DNA from: Mobula hypostoma
Taxonomy: Eukaryota
Assembly: GCF_963921235.1 (NCBI RefSeq)
Contig: NC_086097.1
Location: 242,484,001-242,548,000 of the forward strand
Reading direction: 5' to 3'
DNA length: 64,000 bases
The translations under genes and the position numbers were made by a program. Below the pieces are notes generated by a model that saw nothing but the letters and a program-made list of their open reading frames with translations, did not search any database and was not told the origin of the DNA. Within the stretch, counting starts at the first letter, position 1. The number at the start of each line of letters is the position of its first letter. Positions 13,147 through 24,735 of this stretch are shown here, one piece after another.

Positions 13147-13927
13147 TGAGCAGAATTATCTGCAGCTTAATGTGAAAAAGACTCAGGAGCTGGTGGTAGA
13201 CCTGAGGAGAGCTAAGGTACCGGTGACCCCTGTTTCCATCGGGGGGTCAGTGTGGACATGGTGGAGAATTACAAATACCTGGGGATACGAATTGACAATA
13301 AACTGGACTGGTCAAAGAACACTGAGGCTGTCTACAAGAAGGGTCAGAGCCATCTCTATTTCCTGAGGAGACTGATGTCTTTTAACATCTGTGGACGAAG
13401 CTGAGGATGTTCTAAGAGTCTGTGGTGGCCAGTGCGATCATGTTTGCTGTTGTGTGCTGGGGCAGCAGGCTGAAGGTAGCAGACACCAACAGAACAACAA
13501 ACTCATTCGTAAGGCCAGTGATGTTGTGGGGATGGAACTGGACTCTCTCACGGTGGTGTCTGAAAAGAGGATGCTGTCCAAGTTGCATGCCATCTTGGAC
13601 AATGTCTCCCATCCACTACATAATGTACTGGTTGGGCACAGGAGTACATTCAGCCAGAGACTCATTTCACCGAGATGCAACGCTGAGCGTCATAGGAAGT
13701 CATTCCTGCCTGTGGCCATCAAACTTTACAACTCCTCCCTTGGAGGGTCAGACACCCTGAACCAATTGGCTGGTCCTGGACTTATTTCATAATTTACTGG
13801 CATAATTTACATATTACTATTTAACTATTTATGGTTCTGTTACTATTTGTTATTTATGGTGCAACTGTAATGAAAACCAATTTCCCCCGGGATCAATAAA
13901 GTATGACTATGACTACTATGACTATGA
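13147..13927 (+). mobile_element. Rex1/Babar-type LINE 3' fragment
   Basis: KKTQELVVDLRR, VASAIMFAVVCWGS, HPLH..RKSFLPVAIKLYN. Tail AATAAAGT(ATGACT)n. Confidence 0.85.
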
Positions 13928-14178
13928 AAAGAGAGCATGGCTTGGTTGTGGGGGTCCTTGATAATTGATGCTGCTTTCTTCCACCAATGACGATGGAGCC
14001 TGATTCTTTCATCAATGGGCAGGAGGAACCTGATGGCGGGGGGGGGTGCATTTGTGTATCTTATCAGGTGGCGCAATGCATCCACTGTCTCTATAGGGTG
14101 TGCTACGAGTACACTGCCTCAGTATTATCCTGAATGTCTGAGTGGTCATGGGCCACAGGTGAGGATCAGGTTTATTAG

Positions 14179-14409
14179 CACGAACACCAGGAAATCTGCA
14201 GATGCTGGAAATTCGAGCAACACACACAAAATGCTGGAGGAACTCAGCAGGTCAGGCAGCACCAGTGGAAAGGAACAGTCAATGTTTTCGGCCAAGACCA
14301 TTCATCAAGACCTGATGAAGGGTCTCGGCCCAAAACGTCGACTGTTTACTCTTTTCCATAGATGCTGCCTGGCCTGCTGAGTTCCTCCAGCATTTTGTGT
14401 GTGTTGCTC
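14179..14409. mobile_element. Fold-back mini-element made of two inverted Penelope 3' tails
   Basis: GAGCAACACACACAAAATGCTGGAGGAACTCAGCAGG (from 14215) is the reverse complement of the segment ending at 14409. The apex carries back-to-back hammerhead motifs. Flanks TCAGGTTTATTA / TCAGATTTATTA. Confidence 0.85.
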
Positions 14410-14435
14410 AGATTTATTAACACTGTATGTCATGA

Positions 14436-16440
14436 AATTCCAAAGAAGAAGCATACAAATTAGCCAGAGAAAGTGGTTCACCTGAGGACTGGGAGAAATT
14501 CAGAGTTCAGCAGAGGAGGACAAAGGGCTTAATTAGGAAGGGGAAAAAAGATTATGAGAGAAAACTGGCAGGGAACATAAAAACTGACTGTAAAAGCTTT
14601 TATAGATATGTAAAAAGGAAAAGACCGGTAAAGACAAATGTAGGTCCCCTACAGACAGAAACAGGTAAATTGATTATGGGGAACAAGGACATTGCAGACC
14701 AATTGAATAATTACTTTGGTTCTGTCTTCACTAAGGAGGACATAAATGATCTTCCAGAAATAGTAGGGGACAGAGGGTCCAGTGAGATGGAGGAACTGAG
14801 CAAAATACTTGTTAGTAGGGAAGTGGTGTTAGGTAAATTGAAGGGATTGAAGGCAGATAAATCCCCAGGGCCAGATGGTCTGCATCCTAGAGTGCTTAAG
14901 GAAGTAGCCCAAGAAATAGTGGATGCATTAGTGATAATTTTTCAAAACTCGTTAGATTCTGGACTAGTTCCTGAGGATTGGAGGGTGGCTAATGTAACCC
15001 CACTTTTTAAAAAAGGAGGGAGAGAGAAACCAGGGAATTATAGACTGGTTAGCCTAACGTCGGTGGTGGGGAAACTGCTGGAGTCAGTTATCAAGGATGT
15101 GATAACAGCACATTTGGAAAGCGGTGAAATGATTGGACAAAGTCAGCATGGATTTGTGAAAGGAACATCATGTCTGACAAATCTCATAGAATTTTTTGAG
15201 GATGTAACCAGTAGAGTGGATAGGGGAGAACCAGTGGATGTGGTATATTTCGATTTTCAAAAGGCTTTTGACAAGGTCCCACACAGGAGATTAGTGTGCA
15301 AACTTAAAGCACACGGTATTGTGGGTAAGGTATTGATGTGGATGGAGAATTGGTTAGCAGATAGGAAGCAAAGAGTGGGAATAAACGGGACCTTTTCAGA
15401 ATGGCAGGTGGTGACTAGTGGGGTACCGCAAGGCTCAGTGCTGGGACCCCAGTTGTTTACAATATATATTAATGACTTGGATGAGGGAATTAAATGCAGC
15501 ATCTCCAAGTTTGCGGAGGACACGAAGCTGGGTGGCATTGTTAGCTGTGAGGAGGATGCTAAGAGGATACAGAGTGACTTGGATAGGTTGGGTGAGTGGG
15601 CAAATTCATGGCAGATGCAATTTAATGTGGATAAATGTGAAGTTATCCACTTTGGTGGCAAAAATAGGAAAACAGATTATTTTCTGAATGGTGGCCGATT
15701 AGGAAAAGGGGAGGTGCAACGACACCTGGGTGTCATTATACACCAGTCATTGAAAGTGGGCATGCAGGTACAGCAGGCAGTGAAAAAGGCAAATGGTATG
15801 CTGGCATTTATAGCGAGAGGATTTGAGTACAGGAGCAGGGAGGTACTACTGTAGTTGTACAAGGCCTTGGTGAGACCACACCTGGAGTATTGTGTGCAGT
15901 TTTGGTCCCCTAATCTGAGGAAAGACATCCTTGCCATAGAGGGAGTACAAAGAAGGTTCACCAGATTGATTCCTGGAATGGCAGGACTTTCATATGAAGA
16001 AAGACTGGATGAACTGGGCTTGTACTCATTGGAATTTAGAAGATTGAGGGGGGATCTGATTGAAACGTATAAAATCCTAAAGGGATTGGACAGGCTAGAT
16101 GCAGGAAGATTGTTCCCGATGTTGGGGAAGTCCAGAACGAGGGGTCACAGTTTGAGGATAAAGGGGAAGCCTTTTAGGACCGAGATTAGGAAAAACTTCT
16201 TCACACAGAGAGTGGTGAATCTGTGGAATTCTCTGCCACAGGAAACAGTTGAGGCCAGTTCATTGGCTATATTTAAGAGGGAGTTAGATATGGTCCTTGT
16301 GGCTACGGGGGTCAGGGGGTATGGAGGGAAGGCTGGGGTGGGGTTCTGAGTTGGATGATCTGCCATGATCATAATAAATGGCGGTGCAGGCTCGAAGGGC
16401 CGAATGGCCTACTCCTGCACCTATTTTCTATGTTTCTATG
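14436..16440 (+). mobile_element. Young 5'-truncated CR1 LINE, (TTTCTATG)n tail family
   Basis: ORFs 14670-15854 and 15855-16349 are in frame and separated by one TAG. RT motif reads FAED instead of FADD. TSD ATGAAATT (14432-14439 / 16438-16445). Confidence 0.97.
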
Positions 16441-16557
16441 AAATTTGTTGTTTTGTGACATTAGTACAGTGCAATACATAAAATATACTAAACATTACAG
16501 TAAGAAATATATTAGAAAATAAATAGTGCAAGAAGAGAGCAAAGTAGTTCTGAAAGC

Positions 16558-16880
16558 AGAGGATAGTTCCTGGGTTCATGGACCAATCAGAAATCTGATG
16601 ACAGAGGGTAGTTCCTGGGTTCATGGACCAATCAGAAATCTGAAGACAGAGGATAGTTCCTGGGTTCATGGACCAATCAGAAATCTGATGACAGAGGGTA
16701 GTTCCTGGGTTCATGGACCAATCAGAAATCTGATGACTGAGGGTAGTTCCTGGGTTCATGGACCAATCAGAAATCTGATGACAGAGGGTAGTTCCTGGGT
16801 TCATGGACCAATCAGAAATCTGATGACTGAGGGTAGTTCCTGGGTTCATGGACCAATCAGAAATCTGATGACAGAGGGTA
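16558..16880. repeat. 45-bp minisatellite, 7 copies
   Basis: Unit AGAGGGTAGTTCCTGGGTTCATGGACCAATCAGAAATCTGATGAC, contiguous with no spacers, inside the 3' region of an old minus-strand LINE remnant. Confidence 0.97.
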
Positions 16881-18003
16881 TAAACTGTTCCTAAAATGTT
16901 GACAGAGTGCCTTCTCCTTGAGGGTTGCAATGAGAAGAGGACATGTCCTGGGTGATGGGGGTTCTTAATGATGGACGCCTCCTTCCTGAGGCATCCTCTT
17001 TTGAAAATGTCCTCGATGCTGGGTGAGATTCCCATGAGTCCGTGGGAATACTGCATTTCTTCGAGGGGTTTGAGCACATCTTTAAATCTTTAACTCTGTC
17101 CACCTGGTAATCTGTTCCCACAGCAGAGGGTGGAAAAGGATGCAGTGAAAACAGATCTTTGAATCCTGGTTCATTCCTCTTCCCAATTAACTCTGCTGAA
17201 ACTGGACCAGTGCTATTTCACTCTGGCATTTCACTGAGGAAGGCCAGTGACAATTTTCTCCCGTATTCAAATTTCAAAGTAAATTTTTATTATCAAATGT
17301 ATATGTATATGTATTCATATGTATATGTTGTCATATGCTACCCTGAGTTTCATTTCTTGTGAACATACTCAGCAAATCTACAGAGTAGTAACTATAACAG
17401 AATCAATGAAAGACTGCACAACTAGGGCGTTCAACTAGAGAGTAGCAGACCATGCAAAAAGAAGAAACAATAGTATAAATAAATAAGCAATAAATATTGA
17501 GAACATGAGATGATGAGCCCTTGAAAGTGAGTCTATAGATTGTGGGAACAGTTCAGTAATGGGGCAAGTGAAGTTGAGTGAACTTATCCCCTTTGGTTCA
17601 GGAGCCTGATGGTTGAGGGGTAATAACTGTTCCTGAACCTGGTGGAGTGAGTCCTAAGGATCTTGTACCTTCTTCCTGATGGCAGTAGTGAGAAGAGAGC
17701 ACGTCCTGGGTGATGGGTGTTCTTGGTGATGGATACTGCTTTCCTGTGACGGCATCTCATATAGATGCGTTTAATGGTTGGGAGGGCTTTACCCATGATG
17801 CACTGAGAAAGGCAACCGGTCATCTTGCTTTTCTGAAGAAGACAGGTATTCATCGTCCAGAAATCTGATCTCCCATTATCCCTGTATCATTTTACTACTT
17901 GTGGAAAGAAACGTGAAGATAACTCCGGCATTGTACATTGTACTGCTGCCACAAAACAACAATCACAACATATGTCAATAAGGGTGAAGTTGTCAGCAAT
18001 GGT

Positions 18004-18256
18004 TAAGGGTGAAAGGTGAAAAGTTTAGGGGGAACATGAAAGGGAACTTCTTCACTCAGAGGGTGGTGAGAGTGTGGAACAAACTGCCAGTACGGTGGTT
18101 CGATTTCAATGCTTAAGAGATGTTTGCATAGATACGAGGGGTATGGAGGGCTATGGTCCCAGTGCAGGTCGATGGGAGTAGGCAGCTTAAATGGTTCAGC
18201 ACTAACTAGATGGGCCAAAGGGCCTGTTTCTGTGCTGCACTTTTCTCGGACTCTAT
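18004..18256 (+). mobile_element. Old CR1 3' fragment
   Basis: GGGAACTTCTTCACTCAGAGGGTGGTG and the CR1 3' UTR motif GGGCCAAAGGGCC. Confidence 0.75.
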
Positions 18257-18701
18257 AGCCTGAAAGAAAATCGGAGGGCGGTGTGGGAGTGAAGTGTTAG
18301 ATTGGTCTTGCGGTAGGTTAAAAGTCTGGCACAGTATTGTGGTCTGAAGGACCCATTTTGTGCTGAACTCTTCTATGTTCTGTTAGACATTAAAGACGTC
18401 ACAGATACAGGAATGAAAGGAGCTGTTTGCTGTATTAATTCCTGCGAGTAACCACACCAAAATCTGTGGTTAGACACCCACAACATTTGCATTCTTTGAT
18501 TGACAAGTTTTCAGTTTTACGAAGTTGAAGTGAGAACTTAAATCACTTTTAGTGTACTTTTGGGGAAAAATAGAAAACCCATGCTCAGAGTTCTGGGAGT
18601 GGTCAGCAAAAAGATATGATACATCAAAAGATGCAAAGAAAAATCATTTTCTGATCTTATGTCCTGCACCGCTGCCACAACATGATACATTTCACAGCAT
18701 A

Positions 18702-19690
18702 CACTGAATGGCCACTTTATTGGGTTCAGCCGTACACCTGTTTGTTAATGCAAATATCTAATCAGCCAATCATGTGGCACCAAGTCAACACATAAAAGCA
18801 TGCAGGCACGGTCAAGAGTTTAGTTGTTGATTAGATCAAACATCAGAATGGGGAAGAAATCTAATCTAAGTGACTTTGTCTGTGGAATGCTTGTTGGTGC
18901 CAGATGGGGTGGTTTGAGTATCTCAGAAAATGCTAATCTCCTCTAGAGTCTCTATAGTTTACAGGGAATGGTACAAAAAAAACATCCAGTAAGTGGCAAT
19001 TCTGTGGATGAAAAAGCCTTGGTAATAAGAGAGGTTAGAGGAGAATGGCAAGACTGATTCAAGCTGACAGGAAGGTGATAGCTCAAATAACCATGCATTA
19101 GAACAGTGGTGTACAGAAGAGCATTCCTGAAACATAGAAAACCTACAGCACAATACCAGCTCTTCGGCCCACAAAGCTGTGCCAACCACGTCCCTACCTT
19201 AGAACTACCTAGGCTTTACCCATAACCCTCTATTTTTCGAAGTTCCATGTAGCTATCCAGGAGTCTCTTAAAAGACCCTACTGTTTCCGCCTCCACTACT
19301 GCCACCAGCAGCCCATTCCACACACTCACCACTCTCTGCATAAAAAACTTATCCCTGACATCCCCTCTGTTCCTACTTCCAAGCACCTTAAAACTATGCC
19401 ATCTCGGGCTAGCCATTTCAGACCTGGGGAAAAGCCTCTGACTATCCACACGATCAATGCCTCTCATTATCTTGTACACTTCTATCAGGTCACCTCTCAT
19501 CCTCCATCACTCCAAGGAGAAAAGGCCGAGTTCACTCAACCTATTCTCATAAGGCATGCTCCCCAATCCAGGCAACATCCTTGTAAATCTCCTCTGCACA
19601 GCACAGCACATCAAACCTTGAAGTGGACGGGCTACAGCAGCCGGAGACCACACCGGATTCTTCATGCGTATCTAATAAAGTGGCCACTGA
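18702..19690 (+). mobile_element. Tc1/mariner non-autonomous element interrupted by CR1
   Basis: TA+CACTGAATGGCCACTTTATT at the left and AATAAAGTGGCCACTGAG at the right. Internal sequence is homologous to 6948-7384. Confidence 0.8.
19131..19597 (-). mobile_element. CR1 3' fragment nested in the Tc1 element
   Basis: ORF 19216-19500: MRGDLIEVYKIMRGIDRVDS..FFMQRVV. Same family as 54592-56650. Confidence 0.9.
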
Positions 19691-20418
19691 GCCTCTGTCA
19701 GTGATAATATACCTGATTCTGATTGATTGTGATTCTAAAGAATGCAGAGAATTTTCAAGATATTACTCGTCAGTACTCTGAGCTATCTTCAAAAGCTCAA
19801 CAACTGGATTAAAGAAATTTTATAAATGTCTAACCTTATATAAAAAATACTAGTTCAAGATCAAATGCTTTTCTGTTTGATCTTACGTGCACAATTTCTG
19901 GTTAAGGGTATTTAACGGATGAGAAAAAGTTTCATTCCTGATGTTTTATGGACCAATGAGTCAAAACTTCAAAAGGTTATGTAAACACAGTCCCACCACT
20001 TGCATCAACCGTGAACCCTGGTACAAATATAAATGGCCTGACGTCACCAAATGACTTACTCAGCTGCCCCACATGTCACAATCTCCTGGATATCAGCAGA
20101 CCGTCTGCTCTGTCTGCTTCTGAGATTTCCTTCTGATCACAATGATACACTGATTTTGATCTTTGATAACCACGTGCCAGGAGAGATGTGATCAACAACG
20201 ACACAACTGCTTCCATTTCTGCTTGGCGTTTTCGGACTGTAAGCGAGAGGTGGAAGGGGGGCAGGGGGCGGGGAAGGAGCAGCAGGGACAAGATTGGAAT
20301 CCTTCCTGTGTCGATAATAAGGAACATGTGAAGGTCGTGACTGTTGTTTTTGCTGGAGGAGACTAATGATCAATTTACAGAGAAAGCGAGAGTTAGCACA
20401 ACATCTGATTTTCCTCAA

Positions 20419-20920
20419 AAACACGAGAGATTCTGCAGATGCAGTCCAGAGCGACACACACACAGCACTGAAGGAACTCACTATGTCAGGCAGCAGCTAC
20501 GCAGATGAATAAACAGGCAACGTTTTGGGCTGAGGGGCTTCATCAGGACTGGAAATGAAGAGGGAGGAAGACAGAATAAGGAGGATGGGGTGGAGGGAAG
20601 GAGTGCAAGTTGGTAGGTGATAGGTGAGACCACATGAGGGGGAAGGCGGAGGTGAAGTAAGAAGCTGGGAGGTGATAGGTGGAAAAGGTAAAGGGCTGAA
20701 GAAGAAGGAATCTGATAGGAGAGCAGACTGGACCATGGGAGAAAGGGAAGGAAGAGGGACAGCAGAGGGATGAGATGGTCTGGTGAGGAGAAAGGAAGGT
20801 TAAGAGGGGAGTTGGAATGGTTCTTTCCCCTCCCCCAAGCCTTATTCTAGCAACTTCTCCCTTCCTTTCCAGTCCTGATGAAGGGTTTCAGTCTGAAACA
20901 TTGACTTTTTATTCCCCTCT
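20419..20920. mobile_element. Inverted pair of Penelope 3' tails
   Basis: A minus-strand tail (20419-~20815) abuts a plus-strand tail (~20821-20920). Each has a hammerhead-like motif (20515-20552 on -, 20870-20906 on +). Confidence 0.7.
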
Positions 20921-20971
20921 ATCTCACAATCACAACTTACAGTTGTTTGAAACAAAACAACCAATGTGCCA

Positions 20972-21632
20972 AAGCAACACACACAAAATCCTGGAGGAAC
21001 TCAGCAGGTCAGGCAGTAAAACATGGAAATGAAAGAACAGTTAACGTTTCAGGCTGAGACCCTTCTTCAAGACTGAGATGGGAGGGGGAGGATGGCAGAA
21101 CACAAGATGGGGGGGGTGGGGAAAGTTAGCTAGAAGGTGATGGGTGAAGCCAAGTGAGTAGGAAAGGTAAAGGGCTGGGGAGGAAGGAATCTGATAGGAG
21201 AGGATTGTGGACCATAGGAGAAAAGGAAGGAGGAAGGGTCCTGGGGGAAGTGATAGGCAGGTGAGGAGGTAAGGGGCCAGAATGAGGAATAGAAGAAGAG
21301 GGGAGGGAAGGAGAAATCGCTATTCATGTGACCTGAAGGCTGCCCAGACAGTATTATAAGGTGCTGCTCCTCCATGCTGAGGATGGCCTCATCTTGACAC
21401 AAGAAGGGTCCATGGATCGACACATTGAAACAGGAACGGGAAATTAAATTAAAATGTTTGGCCACCGGGACGTTCCGCTTGTGGTAGATGGAGCAGAGGT
21501 GCTCGATGAAGCGGCCCCTCAAATTACAATGGGTCTTATCCACATAGAGGAGACCGTATCGGGAGCACTGGACACAATAGGCGACCCCAGCAGATTTGTA
21601 GGTGAAGTGTTGCCCCACTTGGTAGGACTGTT
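20972..21632 (-). mobile_element. Penelope-like element fragment (GIY-YIG + tail)
   Basis: ORF 21130-21768: HFTYKSAGVAYCVQCSRYGLLYVDKT..RFIEHL..PVAKHFN..EEQHLI. Confidence 0.85.
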
Positions 21633-21795
21633 TGTGACAGTATCCTTTTTTTTTCCCAAATCTGCCTTTCCTGTCAATAGTGGGTGACCTCACAGCAGAA
21701 TGTTGACAATTACAGCATAAATGGTTAGAGGAGCCTGCATTCTTCAACAACTTCTTTAAAAGAGGCATCCAGGCATGTTCCTGTGAACGGCTGAA

Positions 21796-22507
21796 GTGCT
21801 ATACCTGCCCCTTCATGCGCTCCCTCACCTCCAGTCAGGCCCCAAACAGTCCTTCCAAGTGAGGCAACTCTTCAGCTGTGAATCTGCTAGGATTGTCCAC
21901 CGTGTCCGGTGCTCCCGATGCGGTCTCTTTTACGTTGGTGAGAGCTGTCGCAAATCCAGGCACTGCTTCGTCAAGCACATCCACACCATCTGCCAAAAGC
22001 ATAACTTTCAAACATTTTAATTTCGCCATGTCCGTCCTCTGCCTCCTCTCATGCCACAACGAGGTCACCCTCAGTGTGGAGGAGCAACACCTTATATTCC
22101 GTCTGGGTAACCTCCAACTTGAGGGCATGAATGTCGATTTCTCCTTCCAGTAAAAATTTTTTCCCTCTCCCTGCCTCGATTTCTATTCCCCACTCTGGCC
22201 TCTTGCCTCTTCTCACCTGCCTGTCAGCTCCCCCTGGGTCCGATCCTCCTTACCTTTCTCCTATGGTCCACTCTCCTCTCCTATCACATTCCTTTCTCTC
22301 CAGCCCCTTACCTTTCCCATCCACTTGACTTCAACTATCACCTTCGACCTATCCTCCTTCCCCTCCCCCTCAACCTTTTTAATCTTTCACCCCCCCCCTT
22401 CCTTTCCGATCCCGCTGAAGCGTCTCGGCTGGAGAGGTCGACTGTTTATTCATTTCCGTAGATGGTGCCCGAGCTGCTGAGTTCCGCCAGCATTAGTGTG
22501 TGTTGCT
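21796..22507 (+). mobile_element. Penelope-like element fragment (GIY-YIG + tail)
   Basis: GPKQSFQVRQLFSCESARIVHRVRCSRCGLFYVGES, then EEQHLIFRLGNLQLEGMNVDFS, then a pyrimidine-rich tail. Confidence 0.85.
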
Positions 22508-22819
22508 TTAGGTTGTGGAACTTGGCTCTGGGTCAGCCACAAGCTTTGCAAATGATGACTTAATTTAATAATATAATGAACTGTTGAGCAATTACTTTAT
22601 CAAGAATTGCAGTCCTGATGAATGGCCTCGGTCCAAAATGTCAACAGTTTATTCCACTCCACAGCAGCTGCTGATCTGCGGAACTCCTCCAACGTTCTGT
22701 GGGCATTGATTCTGGTTCCCCTCACTGAGCTTCCGAAGTGCTAGAATGACCGACATCCTGACTGAAATCATCCTTCCTTTTGCATGAATATTGACCTCGG
22801 ACTTCAGTAGACTTATCAT

Positions 22820-23205
22820 TATATACCATTCGTCTGACATGGGCGATCACGGTGATCTGTCTTTAATCTGATCGTCGCCTGTGGGGAAGACCCCATTTGC
22901 ACATTTTTCTATCCATGACCATGATTGCTCTTGACAAATTTTTCTACGGAAGTGGTTTGCCATTGCCTTCTTCCGGTCAGTGGCTTACACGATGGTTGAC
23001 CCCAACCATTATCAGTCCTCTTCAGAGATTGTCTGCCTGGCATCAGTGGTCACATAACCAGAACTTGTGATATGCACCACATGCTCATACGACCATGGCT
23101 TTACGTCACCCTGATCATGGGAGTTTAGCTGGTGCTACACCTAGCCTAGTGGAGTGAAGGAGATCCTTACACCTTCTTTGGTAGAGATGTATCTCCACCC
23201 CACTG
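22820..23205 (-). mobile_element. Non-autonomous retroposon with Bov-A-like 3' segment (copy 1)
   Basis: GAAGGCAATGGCAAACCACTTC motif on the minus strand. Homologous to 43455-43805 and 59950-60297. Confidence 0.7.
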
Positions 23206-23382
23206 GTCTGTAGACTGGCCAATGTAAAATAGAAGCAAAATTTCTCCAATGTCTGATTTAGATGGATTCAGAGTCTGAATCAGGTTTAATTTCACCAGCA
23301 GACATCGTGAAATTTTTGTTATGAGGCAACAAAACATGGCAAAATGTAATAAAAAACTGTAAATTACAGTAATATATATATT

Positions 23383-24102
23383 TGCAAGGGGTTTCTTCTT
23401 TTATGTTACTGCATAGGCTAATTAAAATGGCTTCTTTTTTATGTTATACTTGAGATGGCTTCTTTATTATGCTAACTGCTGAGAAAGTTCTCCCGCTAGC
23501 AGTTTGTTTGGATTATGTTATTGATAAGAGAGTGAACGAACCAATTGGGATGGATGTTATGCTTTCTGTGTGTCTGTAAGTTTGTGTGATGCGCGGGTTT
23601 TTGGGGAGAAGGCGGGAGAGAGAGTGAGGATGGACAAGGTGCTGTGAGTTGGCTCACAGGGTCAGACCCCGTGCAGGAGTCCGAGGTCCGGGGTGTTCGG
23701 CGAGGAGAGGAGATGGAGACGGACTCGTGTGGAGCATCTGGTCGACCACCGTTGTTGGTCCCAGGCGGCAGGTCAAAGTGGTCCGAGGGGATCGTAGGAT
23801 GAAGAAGAAGGGTCCCGAGCTCCAACTGTTTGTGCACCAAGAGATTGAACTTTGATAAGTGTGGTGCCTTTTATCTTCTTTTTGTATTTTATCTCTATTA
23901 ATTATATAGTTCCAGTAATATCTATAAACTGTAATTCATTTAATCATATCTGGTGTATTGTCTGTTATTTGGGTGGGGTGGGGTACATCATACAGCATCC
24001 ACACAAACTAATTACCCGGTTTGGCGGGGCTGAGGGCTATTTCCCTAGATGACAGTGAGCCGAGAGACCCTGAGGCTGGCCGGCGGGGGGCGGGGTGCTA
24101 CA
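23383..24102 (+). mobile_element. Solo LTR, probably Gypsy
   Basis: TG..CA termini (TGCAAGGGG...GGTGCTACA) embedded in a (TA)n run. Shares GAGCTCCAAC..TGTGCAC and CATCCACACAAAC with the LTR at 53724-54307. Confidence 0.7.
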
Positions 24103-24735
24103 TATATATATATATATATTTATTTAAGATGCTAAATTAAATAAATAATGCAAGAAGAGAAAAAGATATAGTGAGGTAATGTTATTGGGTTTAATGTCCT
24201 TTCAGAAATTGGATGGTAGAGGGGAAGAAGCTGTTCCTGAATTGTACAGTATGTAAGCCTACATCCTTTAACCTTTTGATTATCTAAGGAGGACAGAAGA
24301 GAAGGCACATGAGAAACAGAAACCAGTCATTTAACTGTTCAAATCATTCATTCTTTTGTACTTGCAAAGAGTTGTGAACATAGCTCAGAATATCAGATTC
24401 AGTTTCACATTTATTTATCACATGCATAGTGAAAGAAATGCACAGTGAAGTGTGTTGTTTGTGTTAACCAACAATCAACGATGTTTGCCTTCAGGCACCA
24501 ATATAGCATGCCCACCATGTTCAGCAGAACCACACGGGCAGCCACAGCAACGAAACAAGTCCCTTCCCTCCCCTCCCACCCACCCAACCCTTCAAACACA
24601 CAGACAGGCCTTCAACCCCAGGGCAGGCCACTTCCAGACTTCTTGTCCTTGGCCCTGAACTCTCAGATCCACAGACACTTGCTTCTACCCTCCATGGACT
24701 CTGTCTATATCACTCACTGCCTCAGTAAAGCAGCC

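Noticed and set aside
15257..15661. Recurrent antisense ORF MPPKWITSHLS.. (also 26209, 33710)
   Set aside because: A shadow ORF opposite the RT frame; it recurs only because the CR1 copies are near-identical.
16558..16880. CRISPR-like array or repeat protein gene (ORFs 16436-17077, 16526-16894)
   Set aside because: The units are contiguous with no unique spacers, there are no cas genes, and the context is vertebrate. The ORFs arise because the unit is 45 bp and stop-free.
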